From Thermoproteota archaeon (lineage in GTDB: Archaea > Korarchaeota > Korarchaeia > Korarchaeales > JAOZGB01): DNA of 64,000 nucleotides. The stretch spans positions 64,001 through 128,000 of the forward strand of contig JAVCBU010000006.1 of assembly GCA_037917685.1 (NCBI GenBank). The letters run 5' to 3'. Each line of letters starts with the position of its first letter. Position 1 is the first letter of the stretch. The notes below the pieces were generated by a model that did no database searches, was not told the DNA's origin, and saw nothing but the letters and a program-made list of their open reading frames with translations. Position numbers and translations under genes: made by a program. Shown one piece after another: positions 18,538 to 27,996 of this stretch.

Positions 18538-20066
18538 ATACGAGAGGGGTTTCTTTGTCAGTGTTCGAACGGGTTATGGAGATAGCTTCCAGGAGGGGCT
18601 TCTTCTGGCCCAGTTGCTCTGACGTCTACTCGAATTACCCAGCGGGACTTTGGAGCTATGGACCCCTAGGGGCTAGACTGATAGAGAAGATTACAGGCCT
18701 TTGGAGGAAAATCGCGGTTAGACACGGCGCGTATGAACTCGTAACTCCAAATATGATGTCAATGAGAGTGTTTGAAGCATCAGGTCACACTAAACATTTT
18801 AGTGACAGGTTTGTAGAATGCAAAAAATGTCACGACAGATTTCGTGTAGAAATGCTACTCGCTGGACACATAGACAAGACTATTCTAGAAAACGTTACCG
18901 ATGCTGAGGCAGACCGTCTTATTAAAGAGTTGAATATTAAATGCCCTAAGTGTGGGAGTAAGAATTTCACTGAAGTGGCTAGATTTAACCTAATGTTTAC
19001 CACACAGATAGGCGCAAAGGGCGGGGAAATAGCTGTCTTAAGACCTGAAACCACTCAGGGTAGTGTTGTTGAGTTGAAACATGTGGTAAGATCCGTGAGG
19101 TCCAAGCTTCCTGTAATACTTTACCAGGAAGGATCAGCGTTTAGAAATGAAATATCGCCCAGACTTGGATTAGTCAGACTGAGAGAATTCCATATGATGG
19201 AGTTACACATATTTTTTGACCCTGAAAATCCTGGTTTTCAAAAAGAGGTTGAAAGTATTAGCCGCTACAGGTTAAGGTTTCTAAAACTAGAGGACAGGGA
19301 TTCTGGGAAGATAACCGAGATAGAGGCTGGAGAGGCTTTAAAGCAGGGGTATACGATAAATGCGCTCATAACATACTGGCTTGCGGTTGTTCAGAGATTT
19401 TTCAATGAAACACTTGGGATACCTATGGAGAGACTTAGATATAAGGAACTATCAGAAAGGGAAAGGGCCCACTATGCGGCTGCTCACTGGGATTTAGAGT
19501 GCTACACTCAGGATCTGGGCTGGATTGAGGTTGCAAATAATGCATATAGAACAGACTATGATATTAGAGGGCATATGCGCCTTTCTGGGGAAGACCTAAC
19601 AATTGAGGTTAATGGGAAAAAGGTTATTCCTCATATGTACGAGCCCTCGATAGGTATAGATAGAACAATACTTAATTTACTGCTTATATCCTATACAGAT
19701 GATGGTGAACGGAAATATCTAAGACTCCCAAGACACATATCTCCTGTTGACGTGGGAGTTCTACCTCTGGTTAGAAGAGACGGATTAGACAGGATTTCCC
19801 ATAAAATATTTGAAGAGCTAAAGTCGGAATTCTATGTCGAATATGACGATAGAGGAACTATAGGCAGAAGATATAGAAGATTCGATGAAATAGGTACACC
19901 AGTATGTGTAACTGTCGATTACGAGACACTTGAAGACGATACTGTAACGCTGAGAGATAGGGATAGCATGAATCAAGTTAGAGTGCCAAGAAGCCAGCTT
20001 GCAAACAAGATCAAGCTTTTCCTTAGCGGGATCCCCCTGGAAAAGCTTGGAACACCGTTAGCTTAG
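18534..20066 (+). CDS. glyS: Glycine--tRNA ligase (alpha2 type)
   Basis: RRGFFWPS, ASGH, LRPETTQG, FRNEISPR..LVRLREF, EPSIGIDR, IGRRYRRFDEIGTP. Confidence 0.95.
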   Translation: MNTRGVSLSVFERVMEIASRRGFFWPSCSDVYSNYPAGLWSYGPLGARLIEKITGLWRKIAVRHGAYELVTPNMMSMRVFEASGHTKHFSDRFVECKKCHDRFRVEMLLAGHIDKTILENVTDAEADRLIKELNIKCPKCGSKNFTEVARFNLMFTTQIGAKGGEIAVLRPETTQGSVVELKHVVRSVRSKLPVILYQEGSAFRNEISPRLGLVRLREFHMMELHIFFDPENPGFQKEVESISRYRLRFLKLEDRDSGKITEIEAGEALKQGYTINALITYWLAVVQRFFNETLGIPMERLRYKELSERERAHYAAAHWDLECYTQDLGWIEVANNAYRTDYDIRGHMRLSGEDLTIEVNGKKVIPHMYEPSIGIDRTILNLLLISYTDDGERKYLRLPRHISPVDVGVLPLVRRDGLDRISHKIFEELKSEFYVEYDDRGTIGRRYRRFDEIGTPVCVTVDYETLEDDTVTLRDRDSMNQVRVPRSQLANKIKLFLSGIPLEKLGTPLA

Positions 20067-23000
20067 ACATACTCTTCTAGTAATGTTTTTCTATAGTTTT
20101 GAGCCACTTTACGTTCCTCGAAAAGTCTCTCTAATTCTCTTCTAATGATTTCGATTCTTTGAGAGACATACGGGGGAAGCCTAAATCTAGATGTTATTTT
20201 CTCGCTTACATCAAGGTACTTAGATATGTTACCCTTAGAAACAGTTAAAAGTAGAGGAACCCCACAGCTCGGACATAAACCTGTTAGAGTTGGCCTTCTA
20301 AAAGATCTGTTACATTTGGGGCATCTAAATCCTTGTATGAAGAATTTTTTCATGTTTCCCTTTATATCCCTTAGAAAGTGTAATGCTATGACCCTCTCAA
20401 CGGCATCTTTAAAGTCGACTGATCTTATTTTGCGGCATATACGTATATGAGATATAAGTTTCTGCTTCATCTTATTCTCAACCTTGTATCTCGATACGAG
20501 AGGGCCTGAATGCACATTTTCAACAGGGACAGTAAATTTTATTGGAATATGCTTCTCTCCATTCTCAATAGAGTCTTCAACTATTCTAATAGGGTTCCTT
20601 AACTCTTTAGGATGAGGATAGTTATACGTATCACCATAAAATTGGAGAGGGAAGTTTTTGACATTCTCAATATTATAAACTTCGTCGTCGACTTCGGCCG
20701 GATCAACCCTTGTACATAGTAGGATCGGAGCATCCTCGTGTCCCCCAATATCCTCCGGTAGGTATGCTTTTGAAAAGTTTAGTAGGACGTCCAGCCCAAG
20801 AGTTATTGAGTCCTCGTCACCGTCACAGTTTCTCCTTTTAGCAGCATGAAGAATTGGGTGGGCCATAACTACAGATCCCCTAGTGAACCCGATTATTCTA
20901 CATGCTATAGCCATAAAGGTATGAGGCGATATCGTAAAACAGATCTGCCCAAGGAGACCTCGGGAATCGCTGATTTTATAATAGGGTTCAAGACCATACA
21001 GTTTCTGTAGAAGATCATCAACAAATTTTGAGACTTTAACCAGATGTTCAGCAGCAGACACTGGGATGATGATGTCCTGAGGCATTAGTTCTATTAGTTG
21101 GTCTTCGCTCTCTAGCTCACGGCCTTCAAAATCATGGGTATACCCAAGATTTTTCAGATCCTGAATTGTTACCCCAATCTCTGCCGGTTTAAAATGGGTT
21201 AGAGGTGTGTTAATGGCGTCAAACCTTATTGTACCATCCTTAAATACACATAAACCGTGTAAAGCTCTTAAGATTCCCTTTTCAAGTCTTTCTGGAGTTT
21301 TATTTTTACTTGTCAAACCGATTACGCCTTTAACCCGCTCATATTCAACGTCAACATCGACATTTTCAAACGCAGTTTGTACCATGCTTTTAATGTCAAG
21401 CTCTACTTTCCGATAACTAACCGCTTTCCCGCCATCGCTAGGGCAGATATCACTTCTTAACCTGCGTCCACACCTAGAACAGTATTTTATAGGCTCTGTT
21501 CTCACGTTACATTGAGGGCATGAATAAAAGGGGGTTTCTAAACCACATGATGGACATTTCCTCTGAGATATTTCAACAATTACTTTACCGGATTGAATAG
21601 CTGACTTAAAAGATCTGCTTCTCCCTCTTTGGACACCTATTGGGAATAATGCATTAACTTTCCCTTTAAGCTTTCTCATCTTAGCTTTTTCAGGTCTACC
21701 CGTTCTTAGTCCTATATATATGGGTGCTTTAGGCTCGATTCTGATAGGAGAAATCTCATTAACCGCTGAAAGAGTATCATATCCACTTGTGGTTTTAGGG
21801 TTTCTTTTAAATTGGGAAAGAATTATGCTTAGGATGTACGCTTCATCTCCCTCTATGAGAACTTTGCCGTCGACAATTCTATGGGGTATACATAGCTTCT
21901 CCAGTATTTTTTTACATTTAAAGTCGGCTAGGAGACTCTTAACAGCTTCACCATCTCTTTTTATTTCGGCCTTAGAAAGGATATCAATCAGTGTGCAAAG
22001 TTCTTCCACCGAAATATCGTGCCAATGATACGTATAGGATGGGTGTAAAGGTATCCCCAGTTCCATACTTAGCTTTACAGCTTCCTTCGCTGCGGGCTTA
22101 TACTTAAAAGGATATTCCACAAAAAGCTTTAACCTTTCGTCCGAAATACTACTAAGAGAGACGCTCTTTTTCAAGGAATCCTTAAGTTCGAGAGCCCACC
22201 ACTCCTCTGTTATTCCAGATGGGAGAAGCACATGGTTGTTTTCAAGAAACTCTCCATAACCTATTAGAATGTCCCCGTTGAACAGTATTTTCTTAACCAA
22301 ATGTTTAATTTTTTCTGCTTTCTCGACAGTATTAGCACGCAGTACGGTACCATCCTTAAGTAGGACGACAGGCCCCTCTATAGTTTCAACAGGCACCACA
22401 ACGGCACTCTTACCCGGCCTTTCAGTCCTAACCTGAACACCAAGAGCTAGCGTATTCTCAACAAGAACCATAAACGCTGGATGAATACCAACAGCACCTA
22501 AGCCGGTATTCCTAGCATGACCGTACCTAAGCCTAAATCCACCTTTTACTGATGGATGAGATAATATGGGTCTACCTCCAACAGCATCCCTAAGATATTT
22601 TAATGACGGATATACTATTGGAACCCCTTTACCCTCAATTATGCCACTCTCCACAGACTTCTCATCAACAGAGGGATTAAGCCAGTCCCACCCATCTAAG
22701 CCAAGCTCAACAACTAGCTTATGGAGTTTTTTAGCTTTTTGTATTAGACAGTCGTTTAGTACTAATACAGCTCCTCCTCTAACCCTGTTTGTCTCAACAC
22801 CCGGGACATCTCTGAAGGATGAGACCTCAACCTTCTCTGTGGGTGGACCAGTTATTTCTACTGGAAGCTTACTTGCATAATAGAATATTTCCTCATTCCT
22901 AGCGTGATACTGGGTTGTTCTCATCATCCTGTACAGGTTTATTTCCTCAGCGTATCTTCTCACATGGCTCTGCGTTGGCTTGAAAAGATCCAGTCCGAGT

Positions 23001-23476
23001 CTTCGTCTAACATAGTCTGCTATAACAACGGAAAACGCGCTTTCGGTTGCCCCAGCAGTCCTTATCGGGCCACAATAGTATACCGCTAGATATTTGCCTC
23101 CATACTGGTTTATCTTAACTTTAACTCCACCTATCCCCTCTATTGGAGCTGAGACGACACAATCGGTTGTTACCGCCAATCCAACCCTTACAGCTAGCTC
23201 GGCTGCTTTAATCTTATCCGGTACCAATTCTAATATCTTATCAGATAGTAGCAAGGCCATCCGGTGCTTTTCCACGCCTTTCTCAACTAGTTCTTGTACA
23301 TAGTTTTCTATCTTAAGTTGGGGAAACATAGCCCCAATTCTCTCTGCTAGGGTATTTGCTATTTTTACTTCCGGCCGTAGCGATGGATCTAAACCCTTGA
23401 GTCTTGCTTTAGAAGCTACGGAATAGAGCTTTTTAACCTCAGAATCTATCAGATCCCAATATTTCTCTATATCCAT
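20063..23476 (-). CDS. polC: DNA polymerase D large subunit DP2 (no intein)
   Basis: GGFRLRYG, RTGRPEKA, FKDGTIRFD, AKRRNCDGDED, zinc fingers. Confidence 0.97.
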   Translation of the reverse strand: MDIEKYWDLIDSEVKKLYSVASKARLKGLDPSLRPEVKIANTLAERIGAMFPQLKIENYVQELVEKGVEKHRMALLLSDKILELVPDKIKAAELAVRVGLAVTTDCVVSAPIEGIGGVKVKINQYGGKYLAVYYCGPIRTAGATESAFSVVIADYVRRRLGLDLFKPTQSHVRRYAEEINLYRMMRTTQYHARNEEIFYYASKLPVEITGPPTEKVEVSSFRDVPGVETNRVRGGAVLVLNDCLIQKAKKLHKLVVELGLDGWDWLNPSVDEKSVESGIIEGKGVPIVYPSLKYLRDAVGGRPILSHPSVKGGFRLRYGHARNTGLGAVGIHPAFMVLVENTLALGVQVRTERPGKSAVVVPVETIEGPVVLLKDGTVLRANTVEKAEKIKHLVKKILFNGDILIGYGEFLENNHVLLPSGITEEWWALELKDSLKKSVSLSSISDERLKLFVEYPFKYKPAAKEAVKLSMELGIPLHPSYTYHWHDISVEELCTLIDILSKAEIKRDGEAVKSLLADFKCKKILEKLCIPHRIVDGKVLIEGDEAYILSIILSQFKRNPKTTSGYDTLSAVNEISPIRIEPKAPIYIGLRTGRPEKAKMRKLKGKVNALFPIGVQRGRSRSFKSAIQSGKVIVEISQRKCPSCGLETPFYSCPQCNVRTEPIKYCSRCGRRLRSDICPSDGGKAVSYRKVELDIKSMVQTAFENVDVDVEYERVKGVIGLTSKNKTPERLEKGILRALHGLCVFKDGTIRFDAINTPLTHFKPAEIGVTIQDLKNLGYTHDFEGRELESEDQLIELMPQDIIIPVSAAEHLVKVSKFVDDLLQKLYGLEPYYKISDSRGLLGQICFTISPHTFMAIACRIIGFTRGSVVMAHPILHAAKRRNCDGDEDSITLGLDVLLNFSKAYLPEDIGGHEDAPILLCTRVDPAEVDDEVYNIENVKNFPLQFYGDTYNYPHPKELRNPIRIVEDSIENGEKHIPIKFTVPVENVHSGPLVSRYKVENKMKQKLISHIRICRKIRSVDFKDAVERVIALHFLRDIKGNMKKFFIQGFRCPKCNRSFRRPTLTGLCPSCGVPLLLTVSKGNISKYLDVSEKITSRFRLPPYVSQRIEIIRRELERLFEERKVAQNYRKTLLEEYV

Positions 23477-23537
23477 GTCCTACTGAATAGTGAATAGTAA
23501 GAATTATTTAATTTTAGAGTTACTTTTTCTCAGGACA

Positions 23538-23771
23538 ATGGGAAGAAGGAAGAAAAGGCGTGTCATCAGGAGAAAGCCTAGGTTGAAGCCTTCAGCATTT
23601 TTCAGATGTCCATTATGTCAAATGGACACCCTGAGCATTAAGATAGATAGAAACAAGGGAATAGCAGTTGTTAAATGTGGGGACTGTGGGCTTAACGATA
23701 CGGTTGAGATTTATGAGATGGAAGAAGAGGTCGATGCCTACTCTAAAATCGTTGATAAGTACTTGTCATAG
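23538..23771 (+). CDS. elf1: Transcription elongation factor Elf1
   Basis: MGRRKK..., FRCPLC...CGDCG, VDAYSK. Confidence 0.88.
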   Translation: MGRRKKRRVIRRKPRLKPSAFFRCPLCQMDTLSIKIDRNKGIAVVKCGDCGLNDTVEIYEMEEEVDAYSKIVDKYLS

Positions 23772-24311
23772 CTCTGAAAACTTTAACCTATCATAGGCAT
23801 TTAAGGCTGCTTTCACATTTACCTCCCCCGCTTCCCCTTGCCACCTATTACGAATAACCTTAACAATTGTTTCAATATCCACAATCCCGGAAGCCTTCGA
23901 AATAGCTCCAAGCATAGCAGTATTAGGAATAGGAAGTCCTGCCAGCTTTAACCCAAGCTCAGATGCTATCCCAGTTGCATCTACATATGCTAGCCGCCAA
24001 TCTCCGAGCTTGGGCGGAGAAGAGGTATTCGCGATTATTAAACCCCCCCTCTTTAAGCCCCTTACAGTATCTATCGATAATGCTGAAGGATCCACTATGA
24101 CAACGATGTCTGGGCTGTATATCTGGCTTCTAAGTCTAACGGGTTCTTCTGATATTCTGGTAAAAGCCTTAACAGGAGCTCCCCTCCTTTCTGCTCCAAA
24201 ATGGGGGAAGGCTTGCGACCATTTTCCCTCCATAAACGCCGCTGTAGCAAGTAACTCAGATGCTACCACGATTCCCTGACCTCCTCGGCCATGCCACCTT
24301 ATTTCTATCAT
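23766..24311 (-). CDS. porG: 2-oxoacid:ferredoxin oxidoreductase gamma subunit
   Basis: EIRWHGRGGQG, FGAERRGAPV, NTAMLGA. Confidence 0.92.
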   Translation of the reverse strand: MIEIRWHGRGGQGIVVASELLATAAFMEGKWSQAFPHFGAERRGAPVKAFTRISEEPVRLRSQIYSPDIVVIVDPSALSIDTVRGLKRGGLIIANTSSPPKLGDWRLAYVDATGIASELGLKLAGLPIPNTAMLGAISKASGIVDIETIVKVIRNRWQGEAGEVNVKAALNAYDRLKFSEL

Positions 24312-24330
24312 CTTATCACCATTATAGTAA

Positions 24331-24404
24331 CGGGCGAGCGGGGATTCGAACCCCGGATCTTCGGCTCCGAAGGCCGACGCCCTATCCAGCTAGGCCACTC
24401 GCCC
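24331..24404 (-). tRNA. tRNA-Arg(TCG)
   Basis: GGGCGAG/CTCGCCC acceptor stem, TCGGC-CT TCG GA-GCCGA, TTCGAAT. Confidence 0.95.
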
Positions 24405-24424
24405 TTTATTACTATACCGGCTGG

Positions 24425-24439
24425 ATATAAATTTTTAAT
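24425..24439. promoter_or_regulatory. Back-to-back TATA elements for tRNA-Arg (-) and rpoH (+)
   Basis: TTTATAT on the minus strand 21-27 nt before the tRNA; TTTTTAAT on the plus strand about 26 nt before the rpoH ATG. Confidence 0.5.
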
Positions 24440-24464
24440 TGACCGTGGATGAAAAGTAATAGTA

Positions 24465-24680
24465 ATGGTTGGTTTGAAACATAGACTTGTACCACCTCAC
24501 TTTAAACTTGACGAAAATGAGAAACGCCGTGTTCTTGAGATGTATGGGTCTATCTACAAGTTTCCCAAGATCAAAGCATCTGACCCGGCGATAAAACACT
24601 TGAAGGCTAAACCCGGCGATATTATAATGATAAAACGATTTGGCGGTGGGGTTTACTACAGGGTTGTAGTGGAGGGATAG
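24465..24680 (+). CDS. rpoH: RNA polymerase subunit Rpo5 (H)
   Basis: [29 protein letters not shown]. Confidence 0.93.
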   Translation: MVGLKHRLVPPHFKLDENEKRRVLEMYGSIYKFPKIKASDPAIKHLKAKPGDIIMIKRFGGGVYYRVVVEG

Positions 24681-24687
24681 CTGTTTG

Positions 24688-27600
24688 ATGCCTATAAGGT
24701 TAGATGTAGATTTCTATCCCATAGTAGAAAGTTATTTCAAAGAGAAAAGTTTCGTAGACGTACAAATAGAATCATACAACCAATTTGTAGAAAGGGGATT
24801 ACAGGAGGTAATAGACAACAACAGGGTTGTAGAGCTAGGTCAGAACCTAAGGATCGAATTTGGCAAGTTAAAGATTCTATCACCATCAATAGTAGAAGCA
24901 GACGGATCCAGAAGGACAGTAACTCCAATGGAATGTAGACAGAGGAAATTAACCTACGAAGCACCGATGTACCTTGAGGCATTTTTATACGATGGAAACG
25001 TGGAGATAAAGAGACAAGAAGTCTTCATTGGATCCTTACCAGTAATGGTTAAATCAAAGATATGTGTACTCCATGGATTAAGTAGAGAAGATCTTATCAA
25101 GGCTAAAGAAGACCCATTAGATCTTGGGGGATACTTTATTATCAATGGATCAGAACGAGTTGTGGTTTCCAGGGAGGATATAGCAAGCAACAGAGTTATC
25201 GTTAGCAGGGGAACCACTTCCCCCTTAGTAGCTAAAGTATACTCCGTCAGAGCAGGATACAGAGCCGTCTTAACACTACAGTACAAGAGAAATGGAGAGA
25301 TAATAGCCCAGTTTGCTGGTATAAATATTCCAGTAACAATTTTACTAAGGGCTCTGGGACTTGAATCCGACAGAGACGTCACTTATGCTATTAGCAGCGA
25401 TAAAAAGGTCATTGAAGAGTTCCTTGTATGCTTAGATGCTATGCCGAAGAAAAAAGGTGGTTTCACAGTAGAGGATGCATTAGACTTTATAGGGAGAAGG
25501 CTATCCCCAGGATCACCAAGAGAAGAAAGAATAATGTTTACCCAGAACAGGATTGAAAGACAACTTCTCCCACACATAGGGACGAGGAGAGCTGATAATC
25601 TCAAAAAAGCATACTATATTGCTAAAATGGTTGAGAGACTCATTAGGGTTAAGCTTAAAGAAATACCCCCCGACGACAAGGATCACTATAAAAATAAGAG
25701 GATCCAGTTCGTAGGCGACTTACTCCAGACACTATTTAGATATGCCTTTGTGATATTTGCATGGCAACTCCAGTTCCAAATCTCTAAGAAAATAAGTAAG
25801 GGTCTGGGGGATATTGACATCAGACACTTTGCACAACCTCAAACCATAACGGACAGATTCCACAGCGCACTTGCCACCGGGAGCTGGGTTGGTGGAGCAA
25901 CAGGAGTAAGCCAGATCTTGGATAGAACCAACTATCTCGCTACAATCTCCCATCTTAGAAGGGTCATCTCGCCGCTCACAAGGACTCATCCCCACTTTAA
26001 AGCTAGGGCTCTTCATCCAACAACCTGGGGAAGGCTATGCCCCCTTGAAACTCCAGAAGGAACAAGCTGTGGGCTCGTCAAGGGACTCGCCAGCTTTATA
26101 GATGCCACGGTGGGTGTTGAGAAAAACCCGATTATAACAAGATGTATCCAACTGGGTGTTATACCCATCGAAAGAGCCACTCCGGAAATGGTAGGTAGAT
26201 TAACACCCGTTTATGTCGATGGATTACTGATAGGTTTGGTTGAAGAACCCGAAGAATTCATAAAAAGGTTTAACCAAGTAAGAAGAGAGATCTCTCATGA
26301 AATAAACAGTATATTTGACAGGGAAAAGAGAGAAGTAGTTATAAACGCGGATGCCGGAAGGATAAGGAGAATCCTCATACCGGTCAACAGGATAGAAGAT
26401 GCCATCGAACTTTTAGATGATGTAAAGAATGGTAGAATAACATTCAGCGGTCTTGTCAAGAGGGGAATTATAGAGTTCCTAGATGCGCTAGAAGAGGAAG
26501 AAGCCGTCGTAGCAACAAACCTTAGAGAAATAACCCCAAAACACACCCACTTAGACTTTGCACCATACATGATGTTTGGAGTAGCAGCAGGAATGCTTCC
26601 ATACGCTGAACATAACCAGAGCGCCAGAGACGTGATAGCAGCAAACATTACCAGGCAGGGTCTTGGAATGTACGCCGTAAACTGGCATCAACGAATGGAT
26701 AGCAGGGCACACATACTATACTATCCTCAGAGGCCGATAGTAGCCACAAAAGTGGTAAAACTTTTAGGATACGATAATAGGCCATCAGGCCAGAACCTTG
26801 TAGTTGCAGTACTATGTATGGATAATTATAATACCAAGGATGCTGTAGTCCTCAACAAGGGCGCCGTAGATCGGGGGGCTGCAAGAAGTGTATTCTTTAG
26901 AACATATGAAGCTGTAGAAAGAAGATATTTTGGAGGACAAGAAGATAGATTTGAAATCCCATCGGAAGAGGAAATAAGTGGCAGAAGAACTAAAGAAGCA
27001 TATAGGAATCTAGGACCTGACGGGATAGCGGAACCAGAGCAAGAAGTTAAGGGAGGAGACGTTATAATAGGTAGGACGAGCCCTCCCAGGTTCATAGGAG
27101 AATATTTAGGTTTTAGAGAAGCTGGATGGATAGCCAGAAAAGATGCATCGATAGGAATAAGATATGGAGAGAAGGGTATCATAACCATATCAATGATAGC
27201 AAATACTGGTGAGGGAGATAGAATAGCTAGAGTAGTAGTAAGAGACAATAGGATACCAGAACTGGGAGACAAGTTCGCAACAAGACACGGGCAGAAAGGA
27301 GTGGTTGGTATGATCTATAGGCATGACGACATGCCATTTACCTACGAAGGTATCGTTCCAGATCTTGTACTTAATCCGCATGCCATACCGTCAAGGATGA
27401 CCGTGGGCCAGCTAATCGAACTCCTAGCAGGCAAAGTTGGATGTCTCGAAGGTAGAATTGTCGATGGAACCCCATTCATATCTGAACCAGTCGAAGACTT
27501 GAAGAAGGCTCTTATTAAGCTAGGTTTCAGATACGATGGGAGAGAAGTTATGTACGACGGCATGACCGGTGAAATGCTCGCTCAGGACATATTCATCGGT

Positions 27601-27996
27601 GTATGTTTCTATCAGAAACTGAAGCACATGGTAAGAAACAAGATACATGCTAGAGCAAGGGGACAGGTTCAAATACTGACAAGACAGCCGGTAGAAGGGA
27701 GAGCGAAGGGAGGCGGATTGAGAATAGGAGAGATGGAGGAAGAGGTTTTCATAGCTTATGGGGCTTCAGCACTAATCCAAGATAGACTCTTAGATAATTC
27801 CGACAAGACAATAATATTTGTATGCATGAATTGTGGGAGAATAGCATATTACGATCGAAGGAAACGTGTGTATGTATGCGAAGAATGCAAGAGCCCAAAG
27901 GTAGTCCCGGTGGTTACGGCTTATGCTATGAAACTTCTAATCCAAGAGATGATTTCTGCAGGTATAGATGTTAGGCTGGAGGTGGAAAGGCTTTGA
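24688..27996 (+). CDS. rpoB: RNA polymerase subunit Rpo2 (B), unsplit
   Basis: GGYFIINGSERV, CPLETPEG, GDKFATRHGQKG, RQPVEGR, LRIGEME. Confidence 0.98.
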   Translation: MPIRLDVDFYPIVESYFKEKSFVDVQIESYNQFVERGLQEVIDNNRVVELGQNLRIEFGKLKILSPSIVEADGSRRTVTPMECRQRKLTYEAPMYLEAFLYDGNVEIKRQEVFIGSLPVMVKSKICVLHGLSREDLIKAKEDPLDLGGYFIINGSERVVVSREDIASNRVIVSRGTTSPLVAKVYSVRAGYRAVLTLQYKRNGEIIAQFAGINIPVTILLRALGLESDRDVTYAISSDKKVIEEFLVCLDAMPKKKGGFTVEDALDFIGRRLSPGSPREERIMFTQNRIERQLLPHIGTRRADNLKKAYYIAKMVERLIRVKLKEIPPDDKDHYKNKRIQFVGDLLQTLFRYAFVIFAWQLQFQISKKISKGLGDIDIRHFAQPQTITDRFHSALATGSWVGGATGVSQILDRTNYLATISHLRRVISPLTRTHPHFKARALHPTTWGRLCPLETPEGTSCGLVKGLASFIDATVGVEKNPIITRCIQLGVIPIERATPEMVGRLTPVYVDGLLIGLVEEPEEFIKRFNQVRREISHEINSIFDREKREVVINADAGRIRRILIPVNRIEDAIELLDDVKNGRITFSGLVKRGIIEFLDALEEEEAVVATNLREITPKHTHLDFAPYMMFGVAAGMLPYAEHNQSARDVIAANITRQGLGMYAVNWHQRMDSRAHILYYPQRPIVATKVVKLLGYDNRPSGQNLVVAVLCMDNYNTKDAVVLNKGAVDRGAARSVFFRTYEAVERRYFGGQEDRFEIPSEEEISGRRTKEAYRNLGPDGIAEPEQEVKGGDVIIGRTSPPRFIGEYLGFREAGWIARKDASIGIRYGEKGIITISMIANTGEGDRIARVVVRDNRIPELGDKFATRHGQKGVVGMIYRHDDMPFTYEGIVPDLVLNPHAIPSRMTVGQLIELLAGKVGCLEGRIVDGTPFISEPVEDLKKALIKLGFRYDGREVMYDGMTGEMLAQDIFIGVCFYQKLKHMVRNKIHARARGQVQILTRQPVEGRAKGGGLRIGEMEEEVFIAYGASALIQDRLLDNSDKTIIFVCMNCGRIAYYDRRKRVYVCEECKSPKVVPVVTAYAMKLLIQEMISAGIDVRLEVERL

